A stretch of DNA of 64,000 nt. Source: Octopus bimaculoides. Lineage: Eukaryota. Every line of letters begins with the position of its first letter. The first letter of the stretch is position 1. The notes below the pieces were generated by a model, which did no database searches, had not been told where the DNA came from, and was given only the letters and a program-made list of their open reading frames with translations. A program made the translations under genes and the position numbers. Positions 38,294 through 50,148 of the stretch are shown here, piece after piece. The DNA lies in the NCBI RefSeq assembly GCF_001194135.2, contig NC_068993.1, positions 49,557,504 through 49,621,503 of the forward strand, in the 5' to 3' direction.

Positions 38294-39725
38294 TCCATAC
38301 TATAAAAGGCAGATTTTCTCTGTGTGTGTGTATGTTTGAAATTTTCTTGGATTAAAGAATCGCAATTAATATTCTAAATACAATTTGTTAGGTCACTGCG
38401 TCATTTTTTCACTCAAAAAATTTCCTAATAACGAATATAATCCATAAAACTACACGAGTAAACATTTTCTCCCTAATAAAATCTAATTTCCTCTTTCTAA
38501 TACAAATCCTTTCAACTCCTACTTTCTCTTATGGACCTTTACAAACAATCCAACAACAAATACAAAAAGAAAGGAAGGAGAAACACTGACAGTAAAAGAA
38601 AACTATTTCAGTATCAAATCACATTTCGATACTGTCATGACAGATACTAAAACTACATACAAAATTACTTTGCCCCTCTAAAATTAACTATTTCTATTNN
38701 NNNNNNNNNNNNNNNNNNNNNNNNNNNNNNNNNNNNNNNNNNNNNNNNNNNNNNNNNNNNNNNNNNNNNNNNNNNNNNNNNNNNNNNNNNNNNNNNNNNN
38801 NNNNNNNNNNNNNNNNNNNNNNNNNNNNNNNNNNNNNNNNNNNNNNNNNNNNNGAATGTATTGAATTGATGCAGTCTGTTGCTGTCTTTTTAAACCGGTT
38901 GCTTTCTTGTTTGGAGGCATAATCTATGTACATATTAAAGAGAACAACAAAAGTTATAACAGTTGGCAGGGTCAGTAGTTTTCACATTTCGGTAATTTTT
39001 CAGATTAACACTGGCACGATTTTCACTAGGGTGTTAGGGTTACAGTTTTTGGGTCAGGGTTAGGGTTACGATGAGGGTTAGTGTTATGGTTACGGTTTTA
39101 GAGTCAGGGTTAGGGTTTAAGGATTACGGTTACGTAATCGTGCGGGTGTTAATCTGAAAAATTACCGAAATGTGAAAACTACTGACCCTGCCAACTGTTA
39201 TAACTTTTGTTGTTCTCTTTAATATGTACATAGATTATGCCTCCAAACAAGAAAGCAACCGGTTTAAAAAGACAGCAACAGACTGCATCAATTCAATACA
39301 TTCCAGAAGCTATTTTGAACATAATGCAAAATGGTGCATCAACATGTACTACCCAATCTGATACAATTCTGGCAGAACTGTGTACAACAGATTGCCAGCA
39401 ATTGCTTCATCAGAAATTGCTGTCCTACCTCCTGCGAAAAAGAATTACCCTGCTATGTATAATCAGGGCAGCGCAAAAAGTTGTTTTGCACAAGCATTTG
39501 TATAGCCAATTAGATGAATGAAATTTACATACGCTTAATAATGTTATGCAAAACAGCCTTCAGCCTTTCCCTATTAATTTCATCGTCTTTTGAATTGTGA
39601 ACATATTTACATCATAAGGGTTTTTTCGTTGTAAGGCTTCCTTTTTTAGTTGATTTTCACCTAGCAAGACTTATTGTAGATGGCGTAATAAGTCACACCC
39701 GGACAACGTCGGGTTATACTGCTAG
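38294..39725 (+). mobile_element. Non-autonomous Helitron-like element
   Basis: 5' end A|TCCATACTATAAAAGG followed by (TG)n. The 3' GC-rich hairpin ACCC-G-GAC-AAC-GTC-GGGT (39697-39714) lies 7 nt before CTAG|T (39722-39725). It is inserted between A and T with no TSD. A 155-N gap inside means linkage of the two ends is inferred. Confidence 0.72.
38854..39303. repeat. Long perfect inverted repeat (158-bp arms 38854-39011 and 39146-39303) around degenerate TTAGGG repeats
   Basis: The arms read as exact reverse complements, and the ORF track gives MPPNKKATGLKRQQQTASIQYI on both strands. The inner extension GCACGATT/AATCGTGC flanks a 114-bp spacer (39022-39135) with eight GGG runs, several as TTAGGG/TCAGGG. 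Confidence 0.92.
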
Positions 39726-41960
39726 TTACCTCTATTTGCGATTATATATGTGTGTGTGTGCATCCACTGTAATGGAATTTACGTCAGCAACCTAGTACCA
39801 ATTGTTTCATACAGACTGAGGAGCCATTAATAATTCAACTAGGGAATGCAACTGACACCCTACTATCATGGCTAGTGAGAATATAGGATAAGATGAGTTG
39901 AGATATTAGCAATTTAAGGACAAAATAAGACATGTTGTTGCTAGTTCAATGGAGGCAATCTTTCTTGATAAAGATATTTCTTAGCACTTTTATTTTGATA
40001 TAGTGTGATTAGAATTCTACTGGAATACTAAAATTAACCAATGGGAGTTATAGTTTGAATTATATACTCAAACAGTTATGTGTCTTGCACACTCCTTATC
40101 AAGTGCATTCTCACACATGCTAATTCAGGTGAAATCATACTGATTAGTTGCTTAAACAAGAGCTTTATGTACCAATAATTTGTGAGGATATTGAAGTGTT
40201 ATATGTTGTTGTTGGCTCAGAAAAAGCAAGGGTGAGTGGTTAACCTGATACTGATGGCGCAGAAAGTTAGTGAGTACATATCTACACTGAGTGATAGTTT
40301 AGCTGTACAAATTGATTAGTTCAATATAATATATAGCTATCTGTAGGAAATGCTCAGCTGATCTTAGTACTTCATTCCTATGAGAGTTACCTAAATCAGA
40401 CAAAAATGTATTTTTATTGTACAGAATCAATTGAAAACTTCAATAAAATGGACACTTTTGAAGCAGCTTTCAATAAATGGGCTATCAAAATCTCATAAAC
40501 TGAATTAACACAGCCAGAAATAACAACTATGATGACTGAGATTGTTAGACAACCACCTTACTTCAGTTTTCTGTTGAACACTGATAACAATTTAAAATGT
40601 GTGTGTGTGTTTGTTTGTATGAATATAATAATGGCATATAAGGTGATATATGTATCGATGTAGTTCAGTAAGAATTGAGTTCAATGTATATTCAGTGGCT
40701 ACATTTTTTTTTCCTATTTTTGTTTTTCTCTTTCACTGAATTTATCAGTTTGACAGCTTTTAAGATGCACAAACTTATGAGACATATCTCATTTTTAGTA
40801 GGCTTTTCCACTAACTTAAACCCTGATCTTGTGTTTAGAAAATGCAGGCTGATTTTCACAGACTTTTTGTTATAATATGTGTGTGTGTGTACCTCTTAAG
40901 CCATGAAATATGGTATATATATTAATCAAATCAGGTAGCTATTTCAAGAAAATTTGGCCCAGGGATGTCAAGATCATATCTCAGTTTGGGAATATCATAG
41001 GTTCTAAATGTGATACATAATTCAACTTGTTGCAATTTAATGAGCTGAAAAATAATTTGCCTCATGGTTTCACTAACTGAAATTAATTTGCTATCTACTC
41101 TTGGGAAAAGTAACTTGTTACAAAGTTCCAGCCAAAGGAAGATTCATGGATTTGTTTATCATCTGTTTTATATTATAGAAAGTTTAGCTTAACTCTTCCC
41201 TGTTATTTCCTATAGTTCAGTGTGTACGTGTGTGCGTATGCTGATTATTTCAAGTATGATGTATGTGTACCTGTTTTTACAATTTTTGCTTAGGTTAGTT
41301 GTTTATATGTGTGTAACTTCAGACATTAGTAGTAGTAATAATAATTGTAGAATTTACAATGAGGAACAATTCTTATGCAATGCATAGCTGCATCTTTTTT
41401 TGCTTTCCTGCATGCATAAAGATCTTAACATATGGATATATATAAATATGTGCTTCTCAGAAATGCTATGTGCATATTGCATGAATTAATTGTCATAAGC
41501 TAATGTCTATAAAGTGTAAGTCTTTGAAATGTTCAAAGAGTTTCAGTACTCCCAACACGTGTATCAATTTCAAGTACATTTTTTTGCAAAACTGTTGTAA
41601 TTGTTTGTTGTTGACTTGCTCTGGTTAGTTATGCAATTGACTAATGTTTCATAGACATAGCCATCTTGTTGTCTTGTGTTAAATTTTACAACTTCAAGCA
41701 TATTCTCTCTGTTAAAGTTATTATGTGGTGGCTTGTGGAGTTAGCTTTGGCTGTTACTTGAACAAAAATGAGGGATTATCTATAAGTTGCCATGCTGGCT
41801 TGAACACTGTCAGTTATACCTAAATGTTGTTAGTCTAAAACAATGTACGCATGCATTAGCACATTGCAGTTATCTCAATATATACATATATATATATATA
41901 CACATACATACATGTATCTGTACACACTGGTATTCACTTATGCAATTGTAAACTTAAATA

Positions 41961-42165
41961 TTGGTTTCAAATTTTGGCACCAGGCCAGCAATTTCGGAGG
42001 AGTGTGTAAGGTGATTATGTTAGCTCCAGTGCTCAACTGGTACTTATTTTAGCAACCCCAAAAGGACAAAAATGAAGTTGACCTCGGTGGAATTTGAACT
42101 CAGATGGATGAAATGCTGCTAAGCATTTTGCCTGGCATGCTAACGATTCTGTCAGATTGCTGTCT
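41961..42165 (-). mobile_element. SINE family C
   Basis: Near reverse complement of 56951-57165 (ttggtttcaaattttggcac; aagcattttgcctggcatgctaacgattctg). Confidence 0.9.
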
Positions 42166-43194
42166 TGTAAGCTTAAATATTACACACACTCATATGCACA
42201 GACACACATAGATACCTATCTTATAATGTTCAAATGTGCATACCTATGATTAATTTATACATGTATAGATGTACTTACATGATCAATGAAATGTGTATAG
42301 ATATATTGAGAGACATTTTTTTCTGCGATAACAAATCTGAGCTTCCAAAAAAATTGTAAATTCCAGCAACTCCAAGCAACAAATTTAGTATACAGATTGT
42401 TTTCAATTAAATCTAGCATGTTTGATTGATATCCAGTGTTATAATAAATAAGTAAATAAATAAATAAGTCTTATGTCTTCAGAAATCTATTATGCTGAAA
42501 ATTCTAAATTCTTCAAGTAGAGAATGAAGAAGTAAAAAATAAATGATTTAAGAAAAGGTAAGAAAAAAAGAATTAATATATGTTTTCAATAAGCTATTTA
42601 AGTAATAAATTGGTTAATTCTTATGTGTTTGAATGTGTTGGAATATTGAAGAACTGTCAGGAATAATCTACAAGGAGCTGCTCAAGTGAGAGAGAGAATT
42701 GAGGAGAGTGAGAAAAAGAAAGAGGAGGGGCAAAGCTTCTTATTTACTCTTCAGATTTCCATTACAGATTTTAATTATTCCTAATGTACTTAATTTGGTT
42801 CTCCTTCCTCTTTGAAGGATGCTTAAATCAAATTTTCAACTACAGCAATGTAGCACCCTGTTCCACTACCCACTTTTCCTGATAATATTCCATTGGGGTC
42901 TGATGATAATGTCTTTGATATAAATTTAATGGTGTAGGCGGAGAGGAATGTGCCTCCCTAAGAAAAGTTTTCTGTTGACTAGCTAAATATATTTCAAATA
43001 CATCCATGTGCATACACTGTATATGTATGTGTGGTAGTGGTGGAGCGTGTATGGTAGCACACAGGATATTTACCCATACATATTTCTTGAAGAATTATGC
43101 TTAAATAATAAGGTTAAATAAGAAAATGTTTCACCTCTGTTCTTTTGAAAAGTACTACTGATGTATAATATATTGGACATGTTTTGTCTGATAC

Positions 43195-43232
<38 letters not shown>

Positions 43233-44745
43233 GCTGCTGGCACAGAAACACAGATATGGGCATGCACATATCTGTGGTGTGGGGATGTATACATAAATGC
43301 AAATCAATGATTATCAATTTGTTACACATTAAGCCATGATGTGTGCTGAAGTGCATCTAGATGCTTTAATAGTCTCAAATGGATCCACCCCGCAACTGCA
43401 AAAAAAAAAAAAAAATCAAAAATTAAATATGACATTGTAAATGCAACTTCAAAGAGGAATTCTTAGGTAGACTTCTTGCCTTGCTACCAATTCTTTCCTT
43501 CATTTCTGTAAATTATGGAGCCAGACCTACCATATGCTAATTACATATGAAAAAAACATCATCCTGAAGCATTAGGCTGGAATTGTTAAATGGTCTTGAA
43601 GATATGTAACACACACACACACACACACACACACATGCACAACGTACTTGAAAATAACAGGCAAATCTCCTTCATTAAACATTCTCCCATATTAAAAAAG
43701 AAATGATACAAACAATGTAGTCATAAATATAGATGTTAATCATGGCTAGAGCATCTTTGAAATAGATGCTAAAGCATCTGTTTGATCAGGACTCGTGGTG
43801 CTAAACTGCAACAACTGATGCAGTAGTAGAACCACTCTTGTCAACCCTGTCATGCAAATTGACATATATGTAGTTAGATGTCTTGACAAGCTGCACTGTA
43901 AATGACTGGTCGAGACATGTAATTTGTGGTCAACATTCAGAAAAGCCTTATTAACATCAGCTGTTGGTGTCTGTATGAGAGAGAGAGAGAGAGAGAGAGA
44001 GAGTGTGTTTATGATTACAAAATGTTAGCTGATAATTAAGAAACTTTGGTAACCACAACATTTATGAGAAAGTGCCATCTTTTACTGTATTTAGCTATGT
44101 AAAGAATTGTAATGTTTAAAAGTGGACAGGATGTTATCCTTCTAGCTGAGAAGTTGTTACTTCATATTGGCACCAAGCTGAGTCTTTGTTAGAAGTAACG
44201 ATATTTCACGAATTTGGAAACAAGCTGAACAAGTTGATAAGGTACAAAGCATGAAATTTTGTCTAAATGACTGAGTATTCCACAATTTTTCATTTGGGTT
44301 GACTCCACTTTTGTAGAAATTAGTGCTACTTATGATTCAAAGATACATGTAACTACTAATGATAGACAAACTGACTGCTTCAGAAAAACTGTTTGAAAAC
44401 AACCACTTGTCCTTCAGTCCAACAACCTTTAAAAATTGTCATATTGTGAGATAGTATTGTAAAGACATTCATGGAGTGGTTGGGCTGTTTCAAAATATTC
44501 TGTGAGTACTGATTCTCTTGTCCACTATATCTCTAACCAGTCCCACTACTAACCAAGTCCTTTGTTGATTATGCTGCTGAGTGAAACCTAAATTCAGGCA
44601 AATCAAACTTAAACACAGAACCATGGGCTCCCATTTATAATGCTTCATTACAGAGCAACATCTCTCTATTTCATGTAATATACTTGTGTGCATACACACA
44701 CACACACGTCTGTGTGTATACATGTTTGTGTGTGTATACATACAA

Positions 44746-44777
<32 letters not shown>

Positions 44778-46690
44778 ATCAGTATTCCTAAAAACTTTCA
44801 TCTTTTATACTTGTTATCTGGTTTAGTAGTTTATTTTCCCCAGTATTCAATTACAGCACCAGGAGAAACAGAATTACTGTAAACATACCCATAACACTTC
44901 ACTGACCAGTTACTCTTGCTTCAATCAGACTGTTGGTTGTTTCCGGTGTCTCTATGCAATCTTTAGATAACTGTGATTGTTTCATGGTCATAAAAGTCTG
45001 CTATAAATGACGATGGCATCATAGCATTGGTGTCCTGGAAAACAATTTCAGATTGTTCTGTTCATTTACACTGTCTCCTCCTCACCACCAACACCACCTC
45101 GACTTCATTTCAATGGATGATTATTCATGGCTGTTAGAATAATCACTGCTTGAATCATTTCCATCCCTTCTCCTTCCTGTGTCCCAAGGGTTAAGTGTAG
45201 CAGGGAGGTGCAGGCACAAAATCCCCACTCTAGGTGAAAGCAGCACCTTTTTCTAATAGGGTCAGATCTCTGCTACAGACTACTATTATAGCTTCAGCAA
45301 GAACAGTCTGAGCGAATTGTAATTAGAATAATGAAATATGTAAATGGAATCAAGTGTAATAATGATAACAGCTATAATTATAATCACAACAATAGCAATT
45401 ACAACAGCAACATTAATATGAAAAATACTAAAAGCAACAACAATAACAAAAGCATTGACAACAAGAACAACAACTACGACAAGAAAAAAAATGTACAAAT
45501 AATGGGTTCTTGTATTGATACAAGACTACAAATTTGTTAGTGCTACGGTGGAGTTGATTTAATTGAAACTGATATATTACTGGTACTTATTTTTATCAAT
45601 ATAAGAGAAATGAAAGGCAGAATCTGTTTGTTAGTATTATTCTCCTACAGGTTACTGTGTGTGTGTGTGTGTGAACATTTGCGTGTGTCTGAGGAAATGC
45701 TAAGATGTTTTAGAGGAATATTGTGTGTGGTGATATTTAGTTTAGCAAATGATCCTTATAAAGGAACCACAGAAGAGGGGACAGCCAATTACAATTAGAA
45801 ATATTGTTTGGAATCCAGTCAGCTGTGATTGAACGGAATTATATACATAGGAGTAGTTCGCAAATTGGACGCTCCTGGTAAGTCAGGCACAATGGTATCT
45901 TATTGTTTGCTTAGCTTCTAAGACATAAGACATGCCATATGTGTGGGCTGATTGTCTTTAAATTGTGGTTCCTTACATTCTAAGAAAATAATAGTAACTT
46001 AACTACAAATTCTGCTGATGCATTCCTGAAACATGGGATGATTTTCTGTTTCATTAAAAAAAAAAAAATCCTTAACTGGGAGAATTTCACTTTGACCCTA
46101 ATAAACCTAATTATTTTAAATGGTTGTTAAGGAGCATATTCAACATCAGATGTTTTAGAGCCTAGCCTGGACAATTTAAATGTTCAAATGTTTGGACGCA
46201 TTTGCCCAAATCACTGATTTTTGGGACCCATTATATGATAAATATATTACACTGTATCGCTTGTACAATACAGCGGCTATATTTGTAATGCAACATGGGT
46301 TTGGATCTTGTGTAAGTAACCTTACTGAAGGCATAAAATCTTTTAGATTAAATTTAATTTTTCTTATCTGGAACATGAAGGCAATAAACTAGTTCCTTTC
46401 ATACTTAGAGAATTCTCCTTTCAAGCTGTCAACCATAATAACAAGTCATGTATACAATTTTAAAAATCAATTTTATTCATTTTCTCTTCCTTTTACTTAT
46501 ATATTTGCAATTGTTGTTGAGATGTTGTTTTATGTTGCGATACTCAGTATATGAGAAATGAAAGAAAGCACAAAAAAAAAAGGAAAGAAACTTAGTGTAT
46601 TTTATTTTTCTAAATGTCTAAAAACAAATTCAAGACATCTTTATATCATCATTAAAAAATATGATTAAAGAACTTTTTAATGTAAATGTG

Positions 46691-46733
<43 letters not shown>

Positions 46734-47732
46734 ACACATAAATACATACAGACAGACAGACAGACAGATGTATGGTATGTAAGCATATAATCATATACAC
46801 TTTCATATATCTTTGGATATAAGAAATTTTTGAAAAATGATATACAGATATGTTCATAATTTTATATTTAATATTTTAAAACTTTTTCTGGAAAATATTC
46901 AACAATATTGCATATTGAGAAACGAAATATTTACAGGGTCTCATCAATTATTATTACTTAGAAATGGAATTTTCCCTTTTAATATCTGTTAGTGTGTGTG
47001 TGTGTGTTTCAGATCTGTGTATGTGTATTTTCAGTTCTGTGCATGTGCTTGTGTATGTATGATGCATGCAGATGTCTGTCAGTGTATGTAATAGTTGGAT
47101 GCAAGTGTCTCTATAAACATGATATATATATGTATATATATATATAATGTGTTTGAGTGTATTTATGCTGGTGTAAAATATCAATTTCTCCATTTCTCTC
47201 TGTATCTGATGTAAAGGTGTTTCTTTTATGTGCATTACATGCAATTGTTTTTGCTGTTTTTGTGTGAGTGTGGTGTGTTCCTTTTATCTGGTGTAGGGTA
47301 GCTGGTCACTAGACTACTCCTGTCTAATCTGATGCTTCCAAATGCACTGAATTCATGATGGCAGCTACTGCTGTTCTTGACAGTTTTCTTCTTCTGAGGC
47401 TGCTTCTTTTCTTTTCCCTTGTTGATTAGGTGTTAGGGGTTCCGGGATCAAAGGCGTTGAACAGTGTGTTTTACATGAGAGTTGAGAAACTGGAAAGCCA
47501 CACTGGTTTGGAGTGTATAAAAAGGAATGGAGGTGGAAAAACCAAAATGAAGAAAATTCCTCATCGTTTTCTCACATTTTTGCTTTATTTATATATTTAG
47601 CTTTTATTTATCATCTTTTTTTTTATTCTGCTTGTCTTTTTATTTTTGCTTTCTTTTTCTTTTCATTTGCTATTTTTCAATCAGAAAAGGACATCTGACC
47701 TTATCAAAGGACATAGCAGTGTAGTTCAAAGT

Positions 47733-47985
47733 TTAATTATTTGTCTCCTGTTTATCTGGGAGTAGTTCACAGCTCTCTCGGTTGGAATGTCTAAAATATG
47801 ACATCGCAGAATATTTGTGCAGGAACAGTGTAAGACATAGGTGAGAAATTTTGATGGTTTTCAATGATAATTTCTGCGAAGACATTCCACAAGCACTGAT
47901 AATAAATGTCTGGTCTGGGGATTGGTAGTTCTCACCTGAATATTTTGTCAATCAATAACCCCAGATATTTATATAAGGAGAGCAG
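47733..47985 (-). mobile_element. Decayed RTE/CR1-type LINE reverse transcriptase C-terminal remnant
   Basis: Minus strand reads YKYLGLLID, then after a frameshift SSQKLSLKTIKISHLC...YFRH, resembling the RTE motif W....LSLKTKIKIY..C.L..LLY.SE.W..Y.RH. Confidence 0.6.
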
Positions 47986-48705
47986 AAAGAATGTTTGCCA
48001 TGTCTGTCGTTTACCACTTATGTATTAATTTTTGTTTTCTTTTTATGTATCAAGGTTTTTTTTTTTTTTTGCAATTGCTTTCTCTATGTATGGCGTATAG
48101 TTTAACTGTGGCTATATTAACAAACTGAATGTTATTTTGTTGTGAAATGGTATTTTTATTACTGTTTGTACTTTGTCTTCCTTCACCTTGAAAATTCAAA
48201 ACAAAAAATTGCCAAATAAAAATAAACCTCCATCATTTTAATCTCCCCAAGCTGCCAAGCTATATTTTGACTACATACTTAAACCTTGAGTTATTGACAC
48301 AATACAGAGTTTATATTTAGGATGAAACTGCAGAAGCATTAAATTTTTTTTTTTTATTAACGATGTGTCTTGAAGTAAATTCATTTATAAATAATAGTTT
48401 ATAATACATTGGGTAAGAAAAGAAAACAAACAACTCTTGTATGGTAAAAAAGACAGAAAGCTGCCTATGTGACTTGAACCACCAAACCAAACATCTTTGC
48501 AAGTGGTTTGAATCACCCAAACAATTTTGTCTTTTTTTCCATTCAAGGGATTTTTAACCCAAAGTATTATAAGCTAGTATTCATAGCTGAATATATTTTG
48601 AGACATTGTTAATAAAGACTCATTCACAATGTAGAGTATTTTTGCTACATTTTAATCTATATGATTCAACTGACTTCTGGTCATAAAAAGACTTGTATAT
48701 ACTAA

Positions 48706-48929
48706 CCCTTTAATATTCAGATTACTCCATCAAATGTGATACTTATTTATCCACATTTTTTAAAATTAATTATGCATTATCTCATAGCTTCAATATTTCA
48801 ATGATGTGATTGTTTATTTTTAGAATGAACTTATAGGGTAGATGTAAGAGGCCAGATCTGGCTGGTTTGAACATAAAATATTTGGATAGAATATTTGGAT
48901 TAGATATGGCTGCTTTAAAGGCTAAAGGG
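48706..48929. mobile_element. TTAA-type (piggyBac-like) MITE, 224 bp
   Basis: Termini CCCTTTA / TAAAGGG, flanked by CTAA (left, one mismatch) and TTAA (right, 48930-48933). Confidence 0.65.
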
Positions 48930-50033
48930 TTAAGTAGGTTCCTCAATAGCTTTACTACTTTAACTGAAGTAATTTTACACAAATGGTATGCTAATATAAA
49001 TTTTAATTCTTTGGTTGATGTTATATTGTATAGTACTCTGTACAATGCCATGTAACACTAGTAACTATTCCACATTACACTTGTGTAACATTAATTCAAA
49101 TCATATGTAATAATACTATTCTGTACTCTTCCCTTTATCTTATAAACAAGATGTGTTCTAAAACATTTGATGTCATTTCACACAGCACTATTCTCTTCTG
49201 TGCTGTACTATATTGCTTTATGCTATATTACCTTATATTATATTTATGTTCAGCTCTATTAAAATACAGAGCTTAATGTAGGATGGCTGGCCTTGTAAGA
49301 AAACAAAAATGACGTCACCCCACAGTGAATTTTAATAATTGTTTTATTATGCAAAAGGGGTTGTTGCAGTATCAATTTGAACCCACATTTAAGGTCCTGT
49401 GCCTATGATTCAGTTCAACTATTTAGGGATATGGTAGCTGATCATACAAAATTAGCAAACGAGCTGATGTCAGTGAAGTGTAAACTTGTGTTTAATTAAA
49501 CATTTTACAAGAAATTAACAAAAAACATGAATGTTTGTTTAAAGGAAGCCAATGAAGAAACAAACAAAACATAAAAAAGCATCGTATAACAATAATAATT
49601 TACTTATTTACACTTGTCATCTCATTTTTACTCTTAAAGCTTTCCAGACGTAGATATATTTGAATGAATGGATGAGGTAGAGTACACTTAAGAACAGAGA
49701 AACTTTTCTTCACACCATTAAAGAAAATTAAAGCTTGCAAAGGCAAAAGAATTGTTTATATATACATATAGTTTATTTTTCTATACGTTTATTTATTTTA
49801 TTAATCATTATTATTATTATTATTATTATTTATTTATTTAATTATTTATTCAGTTATGCCTTTTATCTCTGTCTGCTTGATGATTTTTTCAGTGTCCCAG
49901 CTAAAGTTATATTTCTTTTTTCTTTTTTTTTTTTTGTCGTTTTGGTTACCCTCCGTTTATTTTTCCTTTCTTCTTCCCTGCTTTTCACATTTTGCTGTGT
50001 ATTAAAACCAGTGTCTACATGTGTGTGACGACA

Positions 50034-50047
50034 GCACCCTCTAGTGA
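50034..50047. promoter_or_regulatory. CTCF-like motif GCACCCTCTAGTGA
   Basis: One mismatch to the reverse-orientation CTCF consensus GCRCCCTCTAGTGG, inside a small CpG-containing non-repeat patch. Confidence 0.3.
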
Positions 50048-50111
50048 TGCGCACTGGTGCATGTTCGTCCATGAATGGGTTGCTTTTTCTGGGATCTCTC
50101 TGCCTTGTATG

Positions 50112-50148
<37 letters not shown>

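Noticed and set aside
39237-39521. 94-aa ORF MPPNKKATGLKRQQQ... as a Helitron Rep/helicase or captured gene
   Set aside because: It begins inside the inverted-repeat arm and shows no HUH or PIF1 helicase motifs.
47772-47839. Plus-strand exon LSRLECLKYDIAEYLCRNSVRH with AG|GTGAGA donor
   Set aside because: It is better explained as the antisense of the decayed RTE-type RT remnant.
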